A stretch of DNA of 64,000 bases from Eledone cirrhosa (taxonomy: Eukaryota): the NCBI GenBank assembly GCA_964016885.1, contig OZ024741.1:381362001-381426000 (forward strand), given 5' to 3'. The notes beneath the pieces are model-generated. The model was not told the DNA's origin. It did no database searches and saw only the letters and a list, made by a program, of their open reading frames with translations. A program made the position numbers and the translations under genes. Shown in pieces: positions 26,002 to 42,153 of this stretch (positions are counted from its first letter, which is position 1; each line of letters begins with the position of its first letter).

Positions 26002-29000
26002 TATTCTGTGTATAGCTTTATGGGACCAGTTATTTTACTAACATTTTTAAAAGACCACAGCTGTTAATTAACCCCGGTTGCAGAAAGAGGCTGACGTTTG
26101 CTACATGAAGCCGATACTGGGCATTTATGTTACTGCGATAATCTAATAATAGGTGAGATGCTCGTTATCAGCATAAAGTAAATCCTATATGTTATCTGTA
26201 TCAATTTATTCAAATCATACTTCATCGCCGTCTGTAGAATGTCAATATTGGTTCAGACAAACCTATGCTTTTTCGTAAATATATTTACACACAATGGTTA
26301 ATCAACGGCAATTAGACATTTATGCTTAACCTCTTCCCAGTCATCTTTATTAATTTTATTGCCTTCATAATGTAATCTTCCAGTGCTATCGTGTAATATC
26401 TGTCACCGATATAAACCGACTTAAATATAGCATGCACTGAAAGCTATACTGCAGGCTGATCCATAGCTTATAGCAGTGACGCACACTTTTTTGGAATGAA
26501 AACGACTGCAGCAGGGATGCACGTTTGCAATGGATCAAGATTTAAAAGAATATTTTTCATTGAACTGGGGATTATCCTTCTGACAGTAAAGTTTAACAGA
26601 AAGCAATACATGGTCAACTACCCATTACGTAAAGCAATTATATGTAACACTAGCTGTTCTATTCGATTTCAATACAACTGGATAGGAAGACTAGATTTCG
26701 AGACACTTTTCATTACTCTTGAAATATCGAAAATATAAATATTAACTTAAGTTTCAAGTCTCCTCTCACATTTATTCCTAACAACTTTACCTTATACACT
26801 GAACCATGTCTTCTTTTACTATGTTTGTGATAAACCTTTTCGACGATAAACATTTGCCAAATTGCTGACATATAAAACTACATTTGATTCGATATTTCCC
26901 TTGTTCTATAATAGTGCATTTGTGCAGGAAACTCTCTGGATAGCAGCACTTGTTAATTCTCCCGACGTCCGTATTCAATGAAGATTAAATATTTTTTTAA
27001 CCTTTTAATTCCACTACATGAAGCAAAATTTATTTAATCAGATTAATGCTTTATTATTTTTAAAGTTGATAGTTTATACAGTAATGAATGCGTAACAACA
27101 TTTTAATTTTCACATCCATTTACTCTTTTATAGTTTCAGTTTGCTATCTATTGTTATTACCATAGGGTTACGTGACAATTAACTAGAATACTGGATTAAC
27201 AAAACTATATATATTCAAGGTACAGATGTTCAACAAAATAGGTACGATAAGGCACAATCAAACACTAAACAAGAGATTGGGGCAAGAGAGAGATGGAGAC
27301 AATGTCAGTGGAAGTTGGGCTCTTCCGTGTTCAGACACATTTATAGATTCTTTGTTGCTGACTACTACTATTAACACCACTATTAATACTACCATTACTA
27401 CTACTACAAACATACTAGAATACCCGCGCACGAATATATACACACATACAGACACACGCATACATATACATATATATAGACTTGTATGTCCATACACACA
27501 TATACGTATACTTCTACTTATTTACACGTATATACCTGAACGATAAGAGCCCCGTTCCATTCACCAATAATTGATTAAGGGTTTCAATATGTTTAATGAA
27601 ATATTATATAATCATACTAACGGGATGGCTCCTCATAAATATAAAAATATTAAGGCGAAAAATTCCAAAGACATCCAAGCAATGACTTATTTTGTAATTT
27701 TGGCTGTTAATTTCCTGCCATTTTATTTTACATTCTGTTGACGTTATTTTAACAAAGTAAAGGGAAAGGATAAAGAGATGGAGGGTAAATTAAGGAGGGA
27801 GAGCGTGAAGGAGAAGGGTAAAGAGAGGAAGAGGGGAGAGATAGTGGAAAAAAGAAACAGAAGGGGACAGGGTGGAGTTGCGATTAGCAATGTTAGAATA
27901 AATTCAGCCATAAATTAAATGCTAACAAATTTGCTAGCTCAGCAAACTGAATTCTGTTGTCAGTGTGTCAAACCTCTTAGCTAAGCAAATTGAATTTTGT
28001 TGTCAAAATTTATTCCTGTGTTGAATTTTGTCAGTATTGAAGTCAAATATATGAAGCAATTATCAAGGGTTAAATATATCAGCAATAATGAAGATGTCGT
28101 AAACAGAGCACTAACCCTATTCAGCAGTTTGCCAGAAATAACAACTTTTCAATTATTTTGTTCGAAATTGAGATATTTCTCTTTGAAAGTTATCCCAATT
28201 AAATTCAATTTGCGTATACTGTTTACGTTTCTCTTCAAAATCTACTGATTTAAATTATGTTTATTTGATGATGATTAAAAAACATAGAGCATCAAAGTAA
28301 TGTTTCAAAGATATTTGAATAGACGTCTTTAAGAAATGTAAGGAATTAAATTGCGCTATAATTTTGTAACACCTGGTATATTTCCAAGTAATCAATTTTA
28401 ATTATAGAATATATAATAAAACTGCAAGCCATTAAATCAATCAAATTACGACATAAACATGACATACATTTCTACATATAAAAAATATATCTTAAATGCC
28501 AGAGAACCAACGGCTATACATAATGTGGCATATATGATATTTGTTATTGAGCGTTCAATTCCACATGGTGGATAAGATTTTGTTTTGTTAATATGTTCCC
28601 GCTAACAAACTTTACAGGACACGAGTAATGAGATAATATAAAATAAATATTCCTTTCATTTTTGCATAAGAACACGGCGTACTGGTGCAAAATAAATTAC
28701 TCTACCCTTTAAGTAGACGGTTTTATATTATTTATTATATTTAGATTACTAATAAATTTGATTCTCATGGTACGACATAAACTGATCACTAATGTCTATA
28801 TCGTTTTGATTTATGGGCGATGAAAATGAATCTTCGCTGTATGAATGTCTTAGCAGCTGTACAATTTGAGAATGAAATATTGTCATTAATCAACCTGAAC
28901 CGACAACCCTGTTACCCAGTTCCTTTTGGCCAGCATACTATGACTTCTACAGAGCAACAATGTTGCGTTAAATATTCTCTTTATATAAAGGAGAAATAAT

Positions 29001-29469
29001 ATATGTATATCATTGATTGTTAGTGATCAGATTCTCAGAAAAAGTATCAATTGTCAAACCTTTCCCCTAATAAGCTGATGAAGACAATATTTATCCTTGA
29101 GAATGGAGTTCTATTAGTGATATATTTAAAGTAAATGTGATTCAATTGGATATTATGAATTGCTCGAACCATGGCTGGGTTATCCTGAGAGTAAAATGAC
29201 AAGCTATTCATCGGTTGTTACTAACTTTTCCTTGTTAAATCCAACATTTTCGTGTGGATTAAATGAAAAAGAGAAATTCCAGAAACTGTGGTAATTGTTT
29301 AGATACATGTCAAAGTTGCCCACGGGAAATCAGATAAATAACATTATATTAATTTTGCCTGAGACACTAATACTTCAAACTATCCACCTTCATATAAATA
29401 ATTGTTTCCAATTTAAGTTCAATTTCAGCATTTTGCTTTGAAAAGAATTCAATTAAGTCGACCTCAGTA

Positions 29470-30450
29470 CTTGAGCGCTGCAATACTTCATTGACCTCGG
29501 AAGGATGAAAGGCAAATTTAATCTCCAAAGAATTTGATCTTACAATTTGAAAAGCTGTAACTCAATATCACAAGTTATTTTGCCCGACTCTCTAGCTTTG
29601 AATCTACCATCATAATCACCATTGTAATATAAAATTTAGTAAATTTTATAGATGTTAGTGAATTGGTAAATCCCGTAGGACACTAGGCAAATGATCTAAT
29701 GCTATTTAGTTATGGTCCTTTACATTCCGTGTGGACATACAGCTAAGATCATGTTTGCTTCTTATATTTCCAGGGTCAACAAAATAAATTAGCAACTCTG
29801 CACTGGCTTTATGTCTATTAATTATCAATTAATTGCATACATTTGTAAAGAAATATTCGTGACCTTCAGCTGAACATGGAACATCTACAGAGTTACTCTT
29901 TTTGCTAAACACGTCAACCACATCGCACTATATTATCAAAAAGCTAGAGTTTTATTGTATAATGTATTCCTAAACATCTCCCAAAATATCGCACGAACGC
30001 TGATGGCAAGGACTGATCGATTTGGGTTGTGATCGGGCCATTTGCCTAATATGAAAATGATGTTTGGTCAATTATCATCAATGATTTCGTCATCATTTTC
30101 CTATCTCAAGTTGAAGCTTACAAATATATAACTTTTAATATTGTTTTCTTTTAAGCAAACTCATCTTGAACGTTTTTTTCAAGTTTGTTATTGTTTTCTA
30201 TATATTAAATCAAGTAGTAATATTATGTTAGCTATTATGGTGGGCGTTTGTCATGATTACTAAAGTGTCGGATAAAATAGCTTTGCAGTTTTTTTCTGGC
30301 TCTTTAAGTTCAATCCCAACCGAGGGCATGTTTTTCCTTTCATTCTTCTGGGACCGGTACAATAAAGGACCACTCAAGTGCAAGGGTGGATTTAATCAAC
30401 TTTGCCTTTCCGCCTAAAATTACACGTCTTGTGCCTAAATCAGAAATCAA
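29470..30450. mobile_element. Three old degenerate SINE copies (~29470-29610 minus, ~29660-29790 plus, ~30237-30450 plus)
   Basis: Remnants such as GACCTCGGAAGGATGAAAGGCAAA, AGTTCAATCCCAACCGAGG..CCTTTCATTC and CTTGTGCCTAAA match the younger SINE. Confidence 0.55.
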
Positions 30451-32106
30451 AATTATGTTATATATTCATGTATCTAGTTAACTTATTGACAAATTCCATT
30501 TTAAAAACGATGTCTTTGTCAGGACAACAGTTCTTTATTGTAGATTGGCGTTGTGTCCCACATTTTTTATGCCATAAATAATATCAGGTTAGTCATGTAA
30601 AAGAGAGCCCTGTAAGCTTTGCCTATGGATTACTTTTATAATTTCTCCATTTCAAATAAGTTTTTATTAAAGCGTAAGAATTGTAAATGTATACATATTG
30701 TTTATAAACTCACAACGTTTACACACTCACGCAGCCATATGAATACGCACATGCATGCATAAATATACACACATTCATATACATACAAACATACATACAT
30801 TCTTACATACATGGATATATATAATCATAGGAAGATGTACAGCTAACTGAAGGCGTTTCGCTTATTATTGACGATTAGATAACCTGCTAGGCATTGTAAT
30901 AACGTACACTAAATACAATGAAGGAATATTTTGAGTATGATTTCTTTCAGAATTCAGTTAGTGAATAAACAGAAAATCTATATAACTCTGTCTATTATAC
31001 AATGTCAGATTTGCAAGTCTGTGACAAAACAGCAGTAACCTGAATACAATAAGAAAACTTAATCAATAGCTACATCATACTGTACAGTACACTGTGCAAC
31101 ACATCTGTTACTTATTTCGAACAATTTTCCGTTGTTGAAGATCGATAGTATTGTTGTAATTCCTATCGTGGTAACTAAATAGAACATAGACAACATAGAG
31201 ACAAAATGTGAAATTAAAATGTTTGAAGATATGCTTTCAGATTGTTTGTTTTCCTTTAATCAATTTAGGCTCTTTACTAATCAAGTTATCTTTTAACCCA
31301 AGTTCTTTTAATGATAAATATGTCAGTCATACGATGAATAATTTAAGCAGGAGCACTTTTCTGAATACTAGATCAAAGTTGTTCATCCCAATGTTGTTGT
31401 CAGGTAGTACAAGATTAGTTTTGATTTCACAAAGTCATAATTTATATGTTTGAAATATTTTTCCTATTGTACTATATCTGTTTCATTAAGACGATTGGGA
31501 TTTGGGAGAATTTAGCTGCTACTCCGAGTAGATTGAATGTATGTATGAGGGTTTACAAGTAGGTATTTGTTCTGCCTCTTTACCCACTAGGATCAAAACC
31601 AGCTGAGGTCATGTTTACAATTTATCAAGTAGTGTGGTCATTCTTCTTCCATACACTTTCTCCATTCCTATATCACACACACACTCATACATGTGCGCGC
31701 ACACTCTCATATACACGCGCGCACGCGCACTTACACACGCATTCTCTGACTCTGTCTGGAAGAAATCCGCAATTATAAATTCGAATCAATTAAAATGTAG
31801 CTGCACCACAATTGAAGAAAGTGTGCACGATAAATATATATAGTGTCTACATAGATTTTGAAAAATAATCCCAAAACCACCTTTAGATCGCTTAATAAAC
31901 GCGCTCACATAAAATCCTAACAATCCTAAACATGCATAATAACAAACACACTCTTAGGCAGGCAGACAGACATACACACATATAGATATGCATATATATA
32001 TATAATATAATATATATATATATATACCCTTAACTCACGGTTGGGTGCGGATGCATTCATGTATATGTGTGTGTCCGCATGTATCTGTGTGTTTCTAAAT
32101 ATATTG

Positions 32107-32213
<107 letters not shown>

Positions 32214-32261
32214 ATATATATCTATATATATCTATATATATATATATATATATACATATAT

Positions 32262-32349
<88 letters not shown>

Positions 32350-32364
32350 AAATATATATCTATC

Positions 32365-32437
<73 letters not shown>

Positions 32438-32442
<5 letters not shown>

Positions 32443-33141
32443 AGTATGTATGTATGTATACGTAATACATATATGTATACAGACGTACAGTAGTATGTAT
32501 ATATATATACATACATGCACACATATATATATATATATGCACGTATCGGTTTACGGAACGTTTATTATAATGCTCGATTTGTTTGTTTGTAAACAAACAA
32601 CCCAAATTACGCCGTACAGTGTTTAGGCCACCACGTCACCTTTTTGTTCAACACTGACACAGGAACGATGTACTAGTTTCAAGCTTATTAGCTATCGTCA
32701 GCATCATATACCTTCCTCCAGATGGTTGAACGTCTAAATGTATATACTTTCCTTATGCATATTAATGGCTGAGCAGCCTAATTTGCATATCGAGTGAGTT
32801 CAGTTGGCCGGGCACACCGAAAACGATAAATGGATTAGAATGAAACGGAATTTCATTTCTCACTCTTAGTACGGCACTAACTTAAATGTAAGTATGTATG
32901 TATACGTACATACATATAAATGTAAGTATGTATGTTTGTTTACAAATAAAAAACGGAGCATTAAAATAAATGTTCGGTAAAGCGATACGTGCATATATAT
33001 ATATGTGTGCAAGTATGTATATATATACATACTACTGTACGTCTTTATACATATATGTATGTACGTATACATACAGACATACTTACATTTAAGTAAGTGC
33101 CGTACTAAGAGTGAGAAATGAAATTTCGTTTCATTCTATTC
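32438..33141 (-). mobile_element. Non-coding HHR repeat family A, copy 3: slightly over one unit (32438-32935) + inverted part (32935-33141)
   Basis: Homology to 5186-5815 with a different start point. Octamer ATTTGCAT at 32781-32788. (TA)n on both sides. Confidence 0.85.
32667..32705 (-). ncRNA. Minimal type I hammerhead ribozyme (family A)
   Basis: Minus strand: GATG-CTGACGA-T-AGCT-AATA-AGCT-T-GAAA-CTAG-TA-CATC, fully Watson-Crick stems. Confidence 0.9.
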
Positions 33142-33161
33142 TATATATATATATATACATG

Positions 33162-33201
<40 letters not shown>

Positions 33202-34076
33202 AAGTTTTGAAACGATCAAATTTTAGTTTAGAACATTTATTAGCTGACAATTGTTTCTTCCAGAGGGAAGTCGGGAATCATCGGACCATAAGAAATGTCG
33301 AAAAGGTGAAACTAGAATCCTAGTCATTTAGAACATTTAGGGTACATAGTTGTTATTAGTGTCAAAGGCATCATGTGGAGATTCAGGAGTTAAAAATATG
33401 TTCCGCTTGAAATAACACAATTACAGGCATCACTGGTTGGAAATATAATAGGTATAAGTAAAAGCAAAAACAGCAAGCAAAAAAATCACAAGCAAAAAAA
33501 CACAGGAAAAGAACTCATAAACAAGGACAATCGGTGTACAATACAGAAGTCAATACAGTCAATAATGCGGAAAGAGTTATAATGCAGTTCAAATAAACAT
33601 ATTTTGTGTGGGGTGTTAGAGCATGTTATATTTGTTATAAATCTTGAAGATAGTGTCAAAGTTGTTAGAGAGGCATGTGGTGATAATGTAGGTATTTTTT
33701 TATGTAAGGTGTAATGTAAAGCACTAGATAGAGTTCGGTATGTGATTTTGATTTAAGTGTTTTTGTGTTGTAATTCATATTTATGTGCATGTGTTGTTTT
33801 GTTACTCACAGCTATTAACCATTGGATTATTTTAAGTCGTTTATAGTCAATAGGTGTTTGTTTGTTAAATGTATATTCCTCCGAATTACTGGCCATGTTG
33901 TTATTGTAGGTATATAATCTTATGCATATTTTAACTGTAACTTATCCTTTCTAAGGTTTGTATTAACCGTTATTAAGCTGTTGGTAATCCGTTAGGGTAC
34001 TTAATTTTATATATATATAAATTAATAAAACAATGAAATAAAAACAAAGAACAAGTTCCTTATATAAAAAAAAATC

Positions 34077-34214
34077 ATCATTTTACGATCGTTTCTGAGA
34101 TGTATATGTGTGTTGGTATGTATAACATGTTTAAGATCTATGTAAAAATATTACAAATTATCAGAGAAAATATACATAATACCTTCACATATACATGCCG
34201 TCCTCAGAAATGAT
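34077..34214 (-). ncRNA. Type I hammerhead ribozyme with ~100 nt stem II
   Basis: Minus strand: ATCATTT-CTGAGGA-..ATGTATATG..CATATACAT..-GAAA-CGATCG-TA-AAATGAT. Perfect 7-bp stem I and palindromic stem III. Base of stem II is mismatched. Confidence 0.75.
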
Positions 34215-34249
34215 ATTATATATATATATATATATATATATAAACATAT

Positions 34250-34268
34250 ACAACGAGATCCGAACTGT

Positions 34269-34321
<53 letters not shown>

Positions 34322-34475
34322 ATATATATAACAGTTCGGATCTCGTTGTCGAAATGGCCGGAGCGCAGCCGTCGGGTTCCTGACTCTTTTCCTATGAACC
34401 ACTCTGCTACCCTAAGTATTGAGTACTCTGGTGCGTTATGGCCCACCTAGTATCTTACCACACATTCTTTGTTAT
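34250..34475 (+). repeat. 21-bp inverted repeat around (TA)n, then HHR 3' half and pLTR-like tail (family of 4529-4722)
   Basis: ACAACGAGATCCGAACTGTTA-(TA)n-TAACAGTTCGGATCTCGTTGT-C-GAAA-TGGC..GCCG-TC. Confidence 0.65.
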
Positions 34476-34529
34476 ACATATATATATATATCTGTGTGTG
34501 TGTGTGCGTGTGTGTGTGTGTGTGTGTGT

Positions 34530-35515
34530 TGTCGAATCTAGGAGTCGCGATACCTGGAGCTTTGCAATGTCCACTTGAAGTCGTAGCACTTCATTGTTGA
34601 TAACTGCTGTTTTGGGGGTGTCTTTGATCTTTTGAATATCATCCGACAGGCTAGTAGTCTTCGTCCATATATTTCAACATTCAAGTCTGAATGCCAGTTT
34701 ATCACATCGCTTGTTTGTTTTTTCATTGCTTTTCTTTGTGCTGCGTTTACAGCACATAATATAGTATATTAATATCCCTAAGCCCTACAGAATCCTATAG
34801 AGCAGACGGGCTCTAACGGGAGTACCTAACTGGGGGAGGGCTATCCAGCTTGAGGTGGCTTGTAGCTGTCCAATGAGGCACATTGGCCTTTCCCTCCGTC
34901 TAAGGCAGCCCCTGGTAAACTACTCATACGCCAATCATGTGCAGACCTCTGCTTTCCGTGTTTTGCCGCGGCGTTGAGGTGACGTTGGAGCGATCACTCT
35001 AGGGTGCAGGTCTAATCAGGTTTTTATGCGAAGTCAATTATTGCCCATGCAGCAGGTCCCTCATCTCTGAGCCACCTATGTTGACCTAGGGAAGGGCAGA
35101 AGCTAATACAACATGGCCCAGGTGCTGCCGCAGTAGTTGACAGAATGATATAACATCGAACTGTCTTAGGGTCTCCGGCTTCAGATTTTTTCCTCGGAGT
35201 TTACTCCCGAATTCTTTCCCATGAGTGAGTATAGACGAAGGGCAGTTGGAGTATAATTTCAGAGTTTGCCTTCTCTTAGATGGAATGTCCTCTTAGGCTG
35301 ACGAGTTCCATCTAGACGGAGCACTGGTTTGAAGGCACAATACCCACCTACAGCTCTTCGTCTGTCAGTAGGAACAGTTAGCCATGCTTGCATGTTAAGC
35401 CACATGTAAAGGCTAAAAGTTGAACTTGGTTGCCAGAAGCTATTTGACTCGCATACGTACGATGATCACTTTTAAGCCGTGATAGATCATCCACACTGCC
35501 ACCCCTCAACCTAGC
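34530..35515 (-). repeat. GC-richer interspersed repeat, probably a decayed LINE 5' region
   Basis: GAGTTTGCCTTCTCTTAGA is similar to GAGTTTTCCTTCTCCTAGA at ~52602 and ~53333, and to ~41308. Composition shift. The identity is a guess. Confidence 0.35.
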
Positions 35516-35541
35516 AACATTGGAACCAATATATATGTATG

Positions 35542-38921
<3,380 letters not shown>

Positions 38922-38924
38922 AGA

Positions 38925-39628
38925 ACTCCCTACCAAATATCTGCTGCACAAAAGGGGAGGGCCATCAGCTGACAATAAATGCAGGCTATGTAAAACAAAT
39001 ATCCAAGATGTAAGCCACATTGTTGCCAGCTGCGAAAGAATGTCATCTCGCTACTACCTCCCCATGAGACACGATGGAGTAGCTAGAACCATCTGGAACG
39101 CACTTCGGAAAACAAAATTAAAAACAAACGAGGAAGAATATATTGAAACAGATGACACTAAGGAATACTGGGGGATCCTGAAAATAAAAACTGCCACCAA
39201 ATTAAAGCACAACCGGCCTGATATTGTTGTTTGGGACCACACATTGAAAACGTGTTCTGTTGTGGAGATCAGCTGCCCACTTGATGTAAACGTTGTCAGA
39301 AAAATACAGGAGAAGGACATCTACTGACCATTGATGAGGAGTTTACAAATCCAGTATCCAAGATACACCTTTAGCTTCATACCCATCATTATTGGAGCTA
39401 CGGGTTATATACCAACCCGATTGGACCAAAGTATAACTGAACATGGATTTGCGGCCAAAGGGCGCAGCTCCCTAATTCATAGTCTACAAACGGCTGCGAT
39501 AGCTGGCATCTTCAAAGTTTGCAAAACATTCTTGCGATTCAAGGGATGAACATTTCTTTTCTTTTACAACCTTGCCACCAGGAAGGTGGCCGGTCAAAAA
39601 TATACTCGAAATTAAGAGAAAGAGAGAC
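38925..39628 (+). mobile_element. 3' fragment of a restriction-like-endonuclease non-LTR retrotransposon (R4/Dong- or NeSL-like)
   Basis: HIVASC, RHDGVA, RPDIVVWD..VVEISCP and FIPIIIGATG, with stops and frameshifts. Confidence 0.8.
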
Positions 39629-41752
39629 ATACATACATATATCAATGGAAACGCAGTGCCTCAATTATAAAATGTTGAATATAAAGTTCAATGCAGATTC
39701 ATTATTTCTTGCAGATAGTCATCCAAAAAGCGCTATATTAACATCAACTTATCACGATCGGGAATGGGAAAGTCACAATATGAAGCATTGTCTCTATATG
39801 TATATAGAGAGAACATTTCTGATATAGCAGTGTGTTCATAAATTATCTTTAGCTGTTTATTCTAATGACTGATATCACCTATTTCTATAATCACTTTTGG
39901 AATTTTCGCTGCTTTAAATAATCTCCATATAAAAAATGTTTTACGCAATTGTTAACGTTTTAACACCATGTAAATATTTCGTAAATTATCTTTCGCTTTC
40001 CATATATAAAAACAAAACAACATATTTATCTGAATGTCTTCATATTAGCATTAAAAATACTTTCGTACATGGCGTCATCAGTGTTATGTATTGTTCCTAA
40101 TATTTTTCTTCTACCTAGTTGATATATGCTTTATTTCTATGGATACTGAATGGTTGTAATATAATAAGCGATTGATTATCACTCCACCTCGGCAATCATT
40201 CGTAATCGAGTATGATTTTGTATTAGATTTTTTCAAATTACTATAGGTGAACAATTCTGAAAATCTCTCAATGATGACGCTTTTTTTCACGAGACTAGAT
40301 GAAAAGTGTTTAACTATATTAGGTATATTTCAAATTTATGTCTGCTGTTCTACCACAGGGCTTCAAATGATTGGAAGGAAATGTTTGATTTCTATAGATA
40401 ATATATATATGAAAGTGTTTCATTTCTGATAGCTAGTATTGAGGGAAACTTATGAAGATTCGGTAAATTAGATTAAATTGCTGTTTACTTTATGGATTCT
40501 ATGGGTTGAAATGGATAAGCAGTTCTTCAGGAATGTTGAAAGAAGATCTAAACGTAAATACTAAGCTTAAACTTTCTGTTTTAGGTAGATCAATATAAAA
40601 AGACACTATGTTTGGATAATATCTGTAGTACATGTCTCCGGTGCAGAAAATCAATATTGCCAATTCGTCAACAATTCCTCTCATCCGCCTCAACTCTTTC
40701 AAACTTCAGACATATATGAAGGATACAAAATCACTTGCTTATATTTCTACATTATATATATTTGACTTCGGTTTCAAAGAGTGTGCCTTAAGGATGTTTT
40801 GTAACCTCGTTGCAACTATAAATAATTTTCCCACTCACAATTGAAATGACTACTTATTATTATCTCACCTTGTTAACATGATATTATTGTTTACATATTT
40901 GATGTTTACATTGTAAATTACTAGTGAATATTGATCGGCTTCTGATTAAATCTGATCATACATTCTATCCATTGCCAAATCTGCTCATCTTCAGATTTCA
41001 TATCAATTAATCCTTAAGCAATGTTCTCCTTTCATGTTTAACATGGTAAAGATTGCATATGCATACACACTGAATCCCATACATGCATAATGCATGCATG
41101 ACTGCCCCCTTGTTATCGATTATGGCCACTGCACGATATAACATTATCAATAATTAGCAATTAATACTATCATGCAATGTCTGTACGTTAAGATTTTTTT
41201 AAAGTGAGGAAATACTATGCACTGAACACATCCCACTCGGTATAGCGACCGAAAAGATCAACATCATCGATAACTACTGAGCCGCAGGTTTTATGTCGGG
41301 GTTTCCTGAGTTACCTTCTCCTAGAAGAATGCTTTGATATCCAGCCCGATTATTTCTATGTCCCCGCGCATATACATACATATGCATACATGTATATATA
41401 TTACTATATATATATATACATACATATGGATACATGTATATATATATATATTACTATATATATACAGACATATGCATACATGTATATATATATATATATA
41501 TATCACTATATATATATATATTAATATATATATATATACATACATATGCATACATGTATATATATATATATATTACTATATATATATATACATACGCATA
41601 CATGTATATATATATATATATCACTATATATATATATATATTAATATATATATATATATATACATACATATGCATACATGTATATATATATATATATATA
41701 TAACTATATATATATATGTATATATACATATATATATATATAACTATATATA

Positions 41753-41792
<40 letters not shown>

Positions 41793-41832
41793 ACGAAGGA
41801 TGTGTGGTAAGGAAGTTGATGGACTTTTTTCC

Positions 41833-41863
<31 letters not shown>

Positions 41864-41865
41864 AT

Positions 41866-41961
41866 AACCTCGGCGGGATTTGAACTCAGATCATAAAGGA
41901 CCGTAAGTCTTTTCTGCCAAGCAAGACGTCCGATCCTCTACCGATACTGCCAATCCACCTC
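41866..41961 (-). mobile_element. SINE 5' half
   Basis: Matches 17448-17540 (A and B boxes). Confidence 0.8.
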
Positions 41962-42008
41962 CCTCTAATAATGTTGTAAATATATATATACATATATATA
42001 TATATGTA

Positions 42009-42139
<131 letters not shown>

Positions 42140-42153
42140 ATATATATATATAT

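Noticed and set aside
26787-26978. C2H2-like remnant (FICQQFGKCLSS..) that could be a host zinc-finger exon
   Set aside because: The second Cys is lost, a frameshift is needed for the histidines, and no splice context is evident. More likely an old LINE tail.
25500-32000. Long non-repetitive AT-rich stretch (also 39700-41300 and 49200-51600) as possible host exons
   Set aside because: No ORF with recognisable motifs. Small exons cannot be excluded without RNA-seq.
33255-33335. GAAA-CTAG-AATC-CTAG-TC looks like HHR stem III
   Set aside because: No recognisable CTGANGA or stem II upstream.
41370-41790. Regularly spaced CATATGCATACATG units resembling a repeat-spacer array
   Set aside because: The spacers are only (TA)n variants, so this is a compound minisatellite and not CRISPR-like.
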